This document shows positions 13,900 through 26,500 of a stretch of 64,000 nucleotides of DNA, in pieces (the first letter of the stretch is position 1; each line of letters starts with the position of its first letter). The position numbers and the translations under genes were made by a program. A model generated the notes under the pieces. The model saw nothing but the letters and a program-made list of their open reading frames with translations. It had not been told where the DNA came from and ran no database searches. This DNA comes from Bugula neritina (taxonomy: Eukaryota; Animalia; Bryozoa): positions 868,001 to 932,000 of the forward strand of contig OZ037765.1 of NCBI GenBank assembly GCA_964035545.1, given 5' to 3'.

Positions 13900-15309
13900 A
13901 TAGATTAGCATTCCCACTACAGTAAAGCATACAACAATTGTTATTAGCATATATGCCTAAATACTTAAATGTTAGTTGCTAATTCTCCTAGCTGATTGCT
14001 AGCAATAAGCAATAATATTATGTGTGCAGCAAAATCATACCTGGACCCCGTTTCTGTAAATACAAAAGATTCCTACGTAATAATGCAACTTTAAAACAAA
14101 CAATACGACACTCAATGCTACAACAGTCAAACAATTTATGCATTGTTCTGAAAATAGCCACTACGCTCTACCAACCTACGTTTGCTTATATTATTTTGGG
14201 TCAATAAATTGTTTACTCAATGAAATAATTGTTGTGGCTAAAATGCTATTTAGTTGTAGTAAGTAAATGTATTTTTAGAAGCCCAAATGTTTTTTTTTCT
14301 TTAATTTTGGTTCAAGTTATTAAGGGTTGAGATTTTAGTCTTTGGAGTACATGAACCAAATTATCTTTGCATTTAAAAGCTGTCTGAATGCAAAGTTAGA
14401 GTTTCTTGGTGCTAAACTAGCTTTTCAATATGATATCCTATGTTTTCTTCAATTTTTAATAAAAATTATATTTTACAAGAGAATAATTTTCAACAAACTG
14501 AACCAAGTAACTTTTACCCATTTTGTAGATGTATGTTTTATACTTTTCTGAGGTTAATGTGAAGTATGAATGAGTGAACTAGTGTAAAAGCTACATATAG
14601 CTTATGATCCAATAGGTATGTCTATACCAAGGTGTTCTGTGCGTGCCGAGTTCACTGTTTCGTTAGCTAAGTTATAATATTTTAGGCTAAAATGTTTAAA
14701 TTTTTGCTAGCTGCTTTTATGAAAATAAGTTTGACTGGTGGAATATAAACAGTTAATGCACCTGGTTCATTTACTTGGTGGTTGCAGGTTTGAAATAGAT
14801 TTTCGCTACTTTTAATTGTTATACATGCATGCAGCTTGCCAAAAGTCCAAAGCTTTAAGTCATATAAATTATAATCTACATCCCCCTCCCCCTCCCCCAA
14901 ATGATTGATTATCTGATTACCACATTTAAGCTGCTACTCCCTATAGATAACAAGGTCTCGTCTCGGACAGACCTAGAATTGAATTTTAGGTTTTATAAGC
15001 TATTTTATAGGCAGCATCATTAGGTTTATACCTGGCAATTTGCATTACAAGTGCACCTGTGAACTTATCTTTTGAGCATTATAATATTTTTAGAGGGCAT
15101 AAAATGGGTCTTTCGAAGCATAGAAACTATTGTTCTGCGACGCACAATAGTTATGTGGGCTTTCTAGTGAGTCCAATTAGCATTTAGTCACTGATAACTC
15201 AATAGTAGTTTCGCTTAGAATCTTTATTGTAACCGTATAATACAATGCAAAAATATCTCTGTGTATCACTGTAATTGCTACTTTACATCACTTTTAGTTA
15301 CGCTCCAAC

Positions 15310-15658
15310 TTAGCCTAGGGCCACACTGTGCGTATTTTCGCATGCGAAAATTAAAATCACAAGTAGCAAAGGTGTCCACTGTAGCGTCAGTGATGCGTGA
15401 TAAATAAAGCTTTCATTTTTAAATCGCACTCGCTTTCAATTAAACGCAATTTACTGGAATGTAGCACTAAATAAAGAAATTGGGCTCGCTGAATAGCTAC
15501 CAGCCAATTAGGTGACGACGACAGAGACGATTCGCACTTGCGTTGAAAATGCAGAGCGACAAGTGCGAATGTTTTCTCAACGCGCACAGTGGACACCTTT
15601 GCTACTTGTGATTTTAATTTTCGCATGCGAAAATACGCACAGTGTGGCCCTAGGCTAA
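15310..15658. mobile_element. MITE with perfect 73-bp terminal inverted repeats
   Basis: 15310-15382 (TTAGCCTAGGGCCACACTGTGCG...GTCCACTGT) is the exact reverse complement of 15586-15658; about 200-bp non-coding core; TA (or CTAG) near the termini is compatible with a TSD. Confidence 0.88.
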
Positions 15659-15699
15659 CTACTCACTGTTCTGCATGGCTTAATACAATCGTTATCTAT

Positions 15700-16230
15700 A
15701 ACTCTCTGTGATTGGCAGGGGGTGCGCGTGACGTATAAACCACGCCCCATTACACCATTTCATTGTAACATTGCAACAACTATAAATAGCATAATGATAT
15801 TATCGTAATTATTATAATAGCGTCTATAGCCCTTGCGCAAGACCTTACATTTGTCGTCACTCAATTACATGCCGCCTAATGGCGCAACTGACTCGTGATT
15901 CTCACATGAGCCTTTCTATTATGTTTTGCAATAGCACGAGTTAGGCTTTGATAAGTCGCAATCCTAAGAAAGTTTCCAATACTATAGAGTATAGCCCGTA
16001 GTATTTATAGACAATTGGCAAAAAGCTGCGAATATTCTTTGAAGCGCGTTTATGATTGACTGGCTTTCTAGAGCTATGTCTTCATCGGTCAAGGTCGTGC
16101 AAGATTTTTATTATGAGTATTTAATTTGATAAGATGTTCAAACATTAGTTTTGATCATTATGCATTTTTATTGACAGTTTTTTAAATATAAAAGCATCAA
16201 GATTGGGCTTTAAAGTTTAGTCGCTGCAGG
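15700..16230. promoter_or_regulatory. CpG-enriched putative promoter / 5' UTR region between the divergent Ig-like and ABCA genes
   Basis: Local CpG enrichment, ATTGG (reverse CCAAT), TGACG, CCACGCCCC (KLF/SP-type box); candidate donor CAG|GTAGTT at 16229. Confidence 0.35.
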
Positions 16231-18161
16231 TAGTTCAGTATGAGTATGACTGCTTAGAGTTAGACTTAGTGTTACTGTTGCAGTCACACTCACTGTCACT
16301 GTGTTACTGTTAGTGTTACATTAACACTGTCACTTACAGTTACTATCATAGTCATACTGGTACAGTAATACTAATAATAATTGTAAAATTAAATGTCGTA
16401 GCGGTAGTAATGACTATCAGTAAGACTAATACTAATAGTAATATTAATACTAATATTAATACAGTATTACTAATAGTAATACTAATTGTAGTTATACTTA
16501 TGTTAAACTTAAAGTATTACATTTACTTTTAGTTTTGCTATTCGTATTACTAAATGTAGTAGTATTAGAAATAGTAATACTATTATTATTAATAATTTAC
16601 TTTCAGTTTCACTTTTAGTCTGTAACTTAGATACTTAAATACCTAATTGACACTAACTTGGAGTTGATATTTCACTAAATCTAAGGCCAATAGTAATTGT
16701 AAAATACCTTCCCTGATAGCTATAGTGATACTGATATTATTACTATCATAGTAGCTAAGAGTAAGTATCATTAACTGTAAGCAAGTATGAGTATCATAGT
16801 GGTACCAAGAGTTTAATTAATAATATCAAACATTAATTACTTCACTAACTTATAGTTACTCTTACTCTTAGAGTTAATGACTAAGAATAAATCAGAAAGT
16901 TCAATAGTCATATTGATACTCATACTGAGATAGTAGTAATACTAGTGCTCTCCTATCATACTGACTACTGAGTTAGAAATCATAGACCGCAGTCACTATC
17001 AAAATCATAGTGTTTCGAGTCAACGTAGTATTAGTCACTATTGCTATCAGAGTGAGAGTTTTATAGTCAGGCTTAAAGTACTAAATTGACTGATATAGTT
17101 TTACTAAGTCTAATGCTATTAAATGATAGTTTTAAATATCATTCTTTTTATTTTTATCATTGTGAGTATATTATTATTAAAACTCAAAATAATATTCATA
17201 ATCACTTTATGATAATCAACATGCATTTACAATTACTCTATTACTAATAATTTAATATGAGTACCAATTCTATAGGCATTAGTGTTACTAAATAATATTT
17301 TGGGAATTACTTTGCTAGCATTGGTGCAGATCCTAATAAAAAAATTCTATGTCAGACTTTTTTTAAATCCATTAACTGCAATTATTGTATAATAAATATA
17401 ATTAATAGTAAATATCTTGCTATAATTTTTTTAGTATATTTAATACAAATTTTCAATCCATCCGCTATATCATTATTATTATTAAAATCATTATATTTTT
17501 ACAGTTCTTGCTTCTCCTAGTTTCTTTTTAGACTAAATAGAAAGCTTGAATTTACCTTGAGAATATCATTGAGCTATATGCAACCAGAAAAATTTCTACG
17601 ATGTAACATACTATCCATAGTATAACATACTGTCCATAATATTGCATTAGTATGAATTATATCCTTGTAACAACTCTGTTTTAGTCATTTTTATGGAAGT
17701 TTTTATTTTTATTACTTAAATTCAATAAATTTCAAGCTTTCTAGTGAAAACAAAAATCAACTAGGCCAAAAAAATGTTTATCCGTAGTAATATGTGGGTT
17801 TTGGGTAAAACTTGGAGCACTAAAATTAGGTTTCTGTTCTCCCCATCAATATTGTCTCATGTGGTTTGTTCTTTACTAATTATTTTATCAGAACCCTTCA
17901 TTCAATTCATGCCTGCTTTTGTAGCTCTGTTATCATCTGTCATATGTTGATAATTTTTATTACTCTTTTCAACTACTTAAGCAACTTGAGCATATATGAC
18001 ATGAGACCTCATTGTGAATCCTAAAGTACCCACCATATTAGAGGCTATCCCAATAACAGTGCTATAATAGTCATATCTTCATATGCTTACACTGAGTGGG
18101 TGATACATATGTTACCTTGGGCAGGTGCTGCTTCTGCTGTTAGTGATACGTTAGTGTCACC

Positions 18162-20547
18162 ATGGCAACCAAGGAGAAGCTATGGAAAACTCAGTTTAAA
18201 GCTCTTCTTAAGAAGAACTTCTACCTTAAGAGGAGATATATGAACATCACTGTTTGGGTAAGACTCAACTCTCTTCTATGTTTCATGTGCCTGCTGTAAA
18301 CTCTAGTGCAATATTATAGTAATATTGTGCTTATTTTTTTGTTCTAGTTTTTCAGTGCAGTACAAGCTTAAAGTTTACAATATTTACAATGTTTTCTTTC
18401 TGTATTTTTTTCTCTTTCCTTTTGGGTCATTTAGTTGAAGCAATAAAATAATTTATAATTGTCTCTAGGTTTTGCCACAAACTTTGTTGAGTAGTTTCTT
18501 GTATAAATAGAAGTAGTTTTTAATATTTACAATAGTTTCTTTCTGTATTTGTTCTTCTCTTTCCGTTAGTCGGAACAATAAAATAAATTGAGGTTGAATT
18601 GCAAAAGCTGCAAACTGTGTTTAGTAACTAGTAGTTTCTTTAGAACAGAAGTAATTTTATCATAATTTTCGCTAATATAAAACATATAACAATTTTGTTA
18701 TCGCGTAAGAGAGTCACTTTAATTTCAATGTATAAATTCTTTTTTTAATAGTTCCTTTAAACAAAATCCTACTTTATATGTTATACTAAAAGGTTTTATT
18801 GCCTCATGTAGTAGGTCTATAATATTCAACCAATATCTACAGGAGTTTGTTATTCCCCTTCTGCAAGTCATGGTATTTGGGATCATCAAGTTTTCCATCA
18901 GTCAGAACGCCACAGACCCTGTAACAGAGTTTTCCTCCACAGCAATTGGCTCTAATGGAACAACTAACTTCCTTAACGGAGAGCTTCTGGTAGCCCCCAA
19001 CACCTCTGAGACCATGCAGGTTGGTACCTAGTCTAAGACTAGTCTTTGTGATACTTCTATTAGAACATCTTATAATCAGTTCTATGGATTTGGTTTACTA
19101 GTCGTTTGTAGATGTTTTATTTGCAGATGAAATAATTTCTATCTACTCCGCAGAGTTTGCAGATAAAATAACGAGTTTAGAGATTTAAGTGCTAATAGGA
19201 ACTTTTGAGTACAACTACCTAATTTTTTAGTAAATAACCTTTGAACAACATATTTCAAGTGAATGAAATTCCATGCACAGAGCTCCCTATACTATTCTTC
19301 TATAATTGGCAATTATTAGGCTTTCTATCAGTTGAATAAGCTTTCAGTATGTATTAGTTTTGTGACTGTTATCATTGTATATCATGTGACTGTAGTGATT
19401 CACCACCTCCCCCCCCCCCCACCATGTGGTTTGATGCTATTATTAGTACCCAACACAGTTATCTGTTTGTCTCAACATCCCCAGATACTATTATTGCGGG
19501 GGAGGGGAGGAGGGGGTTGAAACTTACCCTGTTACCTGTGTATTGTATACCAAACTAGATAGCAGACGCCGTGTGTCAGCGCACCTTCTGCACATTTGTA
19601 CTGTTTGATAATGAAGATGATGCCAAGTCGCACTACACCAACGCCAAGCTGCCTTCTATGGGCCTCTTCTTTGAACCTAATAACATGACGTCATACACAG
19701 TTCGATACCCGACAGCGGCCCAGGTACCCTCTGCTGTCTTGTCCACAGATCCAGGTAAGAGTCTAGAATGTTCTTTTGTAAATAGAAGGTTTAGTAACTC
19801 TCTCAAATTGCTGAAAGCAACGACATTTGCACCATGAAGATGGCATAAGCTTGCTGTGGTGGGATTGATACCTTTATTTTTTCCCGCATTTGTAAGTCTA
19901 CACTGTGATGTAGTGATGGAGAAATTAGGGGAAGTTTGTGTTACTGTATGCATAGTAGACTGTTTCAATTAGTAGCTATATTAAGTACTTCAGTAGAGTA
20001 GATAAACATTTCACTTTGTCCAGGCTAGTTATTTCTCTTATCAGTATAATTAAGAGCTGAGCCAGTTTCTTAATTGTGTTGCAAATAAATCATGGAATGT
20101 CACCTGATTAAATGGGTAGATGATTCATATGGTGGTGAGATAGTTTAGTAGATTCTACAAACTGGTGTTATGTTATACTGTATCATGCTGTGTTATTTGC
20201 TACTCTAGAATATTTTAGTTTAAAAACTATTTTTCTATTGACCTTAGCCTGTGTTTTCTGATTCACAGCTGACTGCTCATATCAAGGGTGCCCCGCCAGC
20301 ACCTTCCTCACCTCTGGCATAGCCTTTCTGCAGACCATCGTAGATGCAGAACTGATAAAGGTGAGCACATCTTATATACAGAATCCTTCATCTGTTCATG
20401 TGCATTATCTCATGTAGTATATGTGTGTGCGTGGTCTATATATATGTCTATATATCTCATGGAGTATATGTGTGTGCGTGGTTTATCTCATGTAGTATAT
20501 GTGTGTGCGTGGTCTATATATATGTCTATATATGTATATATATAGAC

Positions 20548-20596
<49 letters not shown>

Positions 20597-23500
20597 TATT
20601 ATATACTATAGGTATACTATATACTGTAACTAAAGCACATATAATATATTCAGTATGACTCTTTCAGATGCATAATGTCTCAGGTTACATACCAGTCAGC
20701 TTGTCAGCTCATTTGATGCCAGAGTTGAAGGACGTGGTAAGACGGGATGGCACACTCAGACTAATGTTTCCTCTATACATGGTCTATGCCATGGCCTTCC
20801 TGCTCATGTACATCTGCTTCGCCATAGTCGACGATAAGGTGAAGAAACGCAAGGACCATCTTACTATGATGGGAGTTCAGTCTTTTTCATACTGGTTAGT
20901 TGTTAAAAGTATTAGTAATTCTATCGGTAGTAGTGGCAGTAGTAGTAGTAGAAGTAGTAGTAGCAGTAGAAGTAGTACTAGTACTACTAGTAATATTAGT
21001 ACTACTACTAGTAGTATTAGTACTACTACTAGTAGTACTAATACTACTAGTAGTACTAGTACTACTACTAGTAGTATTAGTACTATTACTAGTAGTAGTA
21101 GTACTAATACTAGTAGTATTAGTAATAGTATTTAACCAGGTTTCCTATTCTCTCTATTCAGGTTAGCATGGGTGGTGGTCAGCATACCCACCTCTCTCAT
21201 CATTGCGGTGCTCACCGTCATAATCATGGTCGCCTTCAACTTCTTCACCACCTCCCTTGGCTTTGTCTTCTTCTTTATTGCTCTGATATTCTACTGCGTC
21301 AACAACATCATCCTCGCCATCACCTGGTCCTGCATCATCCAGAAGACTGAGCTCATTTTCATCACTCTGATCGGCACCATTGCCGTGGGGGCCATCGGAC
21401 TCGTCAACGTCTACTACACCGACTACGAGAGCGATTACACCAACCCCACTTCCAACATTTATGTTCTCGGAGGTTTCATTTGTCTCCTTCCGCCGGCCTG
21501 TATGGTCAGTCTTCTGGAGAGAATGGTGAGTTTAATTTGTACTAAATATAGTAACAGATGTGCTAAATATAGTAACACACGTGCTAAATATAGTAACACA
21601 TGTACTAAATATAGTAACGCATACTAAATATAGTAACAGATGTTCTAAATATAGTAACAGATGTTCTAAATATAGTAACAGATGTGCTAAATATAGTAAC
21701 AGATATACTAAATATAGTAACACATATTTGCAGTACGCGATGGACAGTCGGTATCCAGGTGGTCTCACCTCGTCTGCTTTCTTTGCTGGAGACCTTTCCC
21801 TCTTCGCCATGCTCATGATTCTCATCCTGGACATCTTTATCTGGATGGTGCTAGCTGTCTGGTTTGACGGGATTCTACCCAGTATGTTACCTCTTCTATT
21901 CTATTCTACCCAGTATGTTACCTCTTCTATTCTATTCTACCCAGTATGTTACCTCTTCTATTCTATTCTACCCAGTATGTTACCTATTCTATTCTATTCT
22001 ATTCTATTCTACCCAGTATGTTACCTATTCTATTCTATTCTACCCAGTACGTTACCTCTTCTATTCTATTCTACCCAGTATGTTACCTATTCTATTCTAT
22101 TCTACCCAGTACGTTACCTCTTCTATTCTATTCTACCCAGTATGTTACCTATTCTATTCTATTCTACCCAGTACGTTACCTCTTCTATTCTATTCTACCC
22201 AGTATGTTACCTCTTCTATTCTATTCTACCCAGTATGTTACCTCTTCTATTCTATTCTACCCAGTATGTTACCTATTCTATTCTATTCTATTCTATTCTA
22301 CCCAGTATGTTACCTATTCTATTCTATTCTATCCAGTATGTTACCTCTTCTATTCTATTCTACCCAGTATGTTACCTCTTCTATTCTATTCTACCCAGTA
22401 TGTTACCTCTTCTATTCTATTCTACCCAGTATGATACCTCTTCTATTTTATTCTACCCAGTATGTTACCTCTTCTATTCTACCCAGTATGTTACCTCTTC
22501 TATTCTATTCTACCCAGTATGTTACCTCTTCTATTCTATTCTACCCAGTATGTTACCTCTTCTATTCTATTCTACCCAGTATGTTACCTCTTCTATTCTA
22601 CCCAGTATGTTACCTCTTCTATTCTATTCTACCCAGTATGTTACCTCTTCTATTCTATTCTACCCAGTATGTTACCTCTTCTATTTTATTCTACCCAGTA
22701 TGATACCTCTTCTATTTTATTCTACCCAGTATGTTACCTCTTCTATTCTATTCTACCCAGTATGTTACCTCTTCTATTCTACCCAGTATGTTACCTCTTC
22801 TATTCTATTCTACCCAGTATGTTACCTCTTCTATTCTATTCTACCCAGTATGTTACCTCTTCTATTCTATTCTATTCTACCCAGTATGTTATCTCTTCCT
22901 CTCCCTTCACTGTCTTGGCTATGACCAGTTTCAATAACAATAGTTTTGTCAGATTTTCTTTTGGGAATTATTTGAATTGTTCATCATTACATAGTTACTC
23001 TGTTTATTTGGTAGTCCTTTACAGTAGAGTGTTGCTTCACACCATTTCCTCTCTTGTAGACACATTTGGAGCGAAGCTGTCCTGCTGCTTCTGTTTCAAC
23101 AGGAAGTACTGGTGGCCCGACGCAGCCGACCCGGATGTCGTCAAGGGGTACGAGCAAGTCGCCGGCCCTCGTGAGCATAACGACATCGAGCCTGTGGCCC
23201 GGTCTCTTGTAGGGAAGGAGTCGGTTAGGTGGGTGGGCATTATGTGACACACTGTCACACTATACACTGTAACACTATATACTGTCACACTATACTGTCA
23301 CACTACACTGTCACACTATACTGTCACACTACACTGCCACACTATACTGTCACACTATACTGTCACACTGTAACACTATATACTGTCACACTATACACTG
23401 TCACACTATACACTGTCACACTATACACTGTCACACTATACACTGTCACACTATACACTGTCACCCTATACACTGTCACACTATACACTTTCACACTATA

Positions 23501-26500
23501 CTGTCACACTATACTGTCACACTATATACTGTAACATTATACTGTCACACTATGCTGTCACACTATACACTGCCACACTATACTGTCACACTATACACTT
23601 TCACACTATACTGTCACACTATACTGTCACACTATATACTGTAACACTATACTGTCACACTATGCTGTCACACTATACACTGTCACACTATACACTGTCA
23701 CACTATACACTGTCACACTACACTGTCACACTATACACTGTCACACTACACTGTCACACTACACTGTCACACTGGGGAACTATAATGAGTTGTTTCTCCA
23801 TTTAGATTATTTAATATTGAGAAAGAATTCCGACAAAAGACTGGCATGTTTACGGAGGATGTTATTCCTGCTGTTAGAGGTGAGTTCTTTCACTCAGTAG
23901 TAGATCACCCAGTAGTAGATCACTCACTCAGTAGTAGATCACTCACCCAGTAGATCACTCAGTAGATCCCTCACTCAGTAGTAGATCACTCACTCAGTAG
24001 TAGATCACTCACTCAGTAGTAGATCACTCACTCAGTAGTAGATCCCTCACTCAGTAGTAGATCACTCACTCAGTAGTAGATCACTCACTCAGTAGTAGAT
24101 CACTCAGTAGTAGATCACTCACTCAGTAGTAGATCACTCACTCAGTAGTAGATCACTCACTCAGTAGTAGATCCCTCACTCAGTAGTAGATCTCTCACTC
24201 AGTAGTAGATCACTCACTCAGTAGTAGATCACTCAGTAGTAGATCACTCACTCAGTAGTAGATCCCTCACTCAGTAGTAGATCCCTCACTCAGTAGTAGA
24301 TCTCTCACTCAGTAGTAGATCACTCACTCAGTAGTAGATCACTCAGTAGTAGATCACTCACTCAGTAGTAGATCACTCACTCAGTAGTAGATCCCTCACT
24401 CAGTAGTAGATCACTCACTCAGTAGTAGATCACTCACTCAGTAGTAGATCACTCAGTAGTAGATCACTCACTCAGTAGTAGATCACTCACTCAGTAGTAG
24501 ATCACTCACTCAGTAGTAGATCACTCACTCAGTAGTAGATCACTCACTCAGTAGTAGATCACTCACTCAGTAGTAGATCACTCACTCAGTAGATCACTCA
24601 CTCAGTAGTAGATCACTCACTCAGTAGTAGATCACTCACTCAGTAGTAGATCACTCACTCAGTAGATCACTCACTCAGTAGTAGATCACCCAGTAGTAGA
24701 TCACTCACTCACTCAGTAGATCACTCACCCAGTAGATCATGAATATTCATATCATCTAACTCTGTTACTTTCTTACTAGTATGAGTTGGTCTGTCATCTG
24801 ACTTAGTAGAAGAACTGAGGCTAATAGCTGCCACAGTAGACTTACAACTCGGCAACTTTAAATTTACTCATCCTAACTAATTCAGTGTCTTGCGTTGGAA
24901 AGTATATTACATGCTTTAAAGAGGAGGAATACATAAGCTATTATATCTGACTCGGACCCTCCAATATTACGGCACCTGTTGTTATGCTTTTAATGATAGA
25001 CTTTATAATGATTAAAATATTCAATAATAAACACATTTATTCTAGATTTCACTTCATTGACTGTAGAATTTCAATAAAAGCTTACACATATCTCCTGGTA
25101 ATCGCGTCGTATCGGCGACTAAATGAAAACATTACTTTTCTCTTTCAGGTATCAACCTTGACATCTACGAAGGACAGATCACGGCTCTGCTCGGACACAA
25201 CGGTGCCGGGAAGACGACTCTTATTAACGTAATGACTGGAATCATGCCGGTCAGCTCAGGGAGCGCAACTCTCTACGGTTATGTACGTTTAGCTTGTGTT
25301 CCTCTCTGATTAGAGTATTATAATCTAGCAATTTAACTATACTTTATTACTTTGCATTTACTTTTGCGATGGTGCGTATATTCAGGCTATTATATCCCCG
25401 TCATGACTGTCATTGTGGTGCACAAAATTTGGAATTGTGATTTTATTTCTTTAATGATATTTGTTCCGAATATTTACTAATGTGATGACTAATAGAATGT
25501 ACTGTGGATTACATCTACTAGCACTAATAGAATGTGCTGTGGATTACATCTGCTAGCACTAATAGAATGTGCTGTGGATTACATCTGCTAGCACTAATAG
25601 AATGTGCTGTGGATTACATCTGCTAGCACTAATAGAATGTGCTGTGGATTACATTTGCTAGGACGTGGTAAACGGAGTTGATCTGCAGTGTATACGGGAA
25701 CTGATGGGCGTCTGCAAGCAGGAGAATGTGATATACGAACGTCTCTCAGTCAGGGAGCATCTGCAGCTCTACGGTAGAATCAAGGGAATCTCGGAGGATG
25801 TGTTACAGCGGAAGGTGTGAATAGCTCTATCCGTTATACTATATTACTATACTATATTACTCTACTCACAGCCTATATTACTCTACACACAGCCTATATT
25901 ACTCTACCCACAGCCTATATTACTCTACACACAGTTTATATTACTCTACACACAGCCTATATTACTCTACACACAGCCTATATTACTCTACACACAGCTT
26001 ATATTACTCTACACACAGCCTATATTACTCTACACACAGCCTATATTACTCTATACACAGCCTATATTACTCTACTCACAGCTTATATTACTCTACACAC
26101 AGCCTATATTACTCTACACACAGCCTATATTACTCTACACACAGCCTATATTACTCTACACACAGCTTATATTACTCTACACACAGCCTATATTACTCTA
26201 CACACAGCCTATATGTTCACAGATTGAGGCTACCATAGCAGACGTTGACCTGGTGGACCAAGCAGACGTGTTCGCAGATAAACTCAGCGGAGGGCAGAAA
26301 CGTAAACTCAACGTGGGAATGGCCTTGATCGGAGACCCTAAAGTAAGTCATACACTTACCCTAAAGTAAGTCATACTCTTACCCTAAAGTGAGTCATACA
26401 CTTACCCTAAAGTAAGTCATACTCTTACCCTAAAGTGAGTCATACTCTTACCCTAAAGTAAGTCATACTCTTACCCTAAAGTAAGTCATACTCTTACCTC

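Noticed and set aside
18370-18660. Degenerate ~140-bp tandem duplication in ABCA intron 1
   Set aside because: Visible but old, not at a splice site, and with no evident function.
21560-22924. 454-aa ORF and overlapping long ORFs as independent genes
   Set aside because: They are translations of a stop-free minisatellite plus one ABCA exon.
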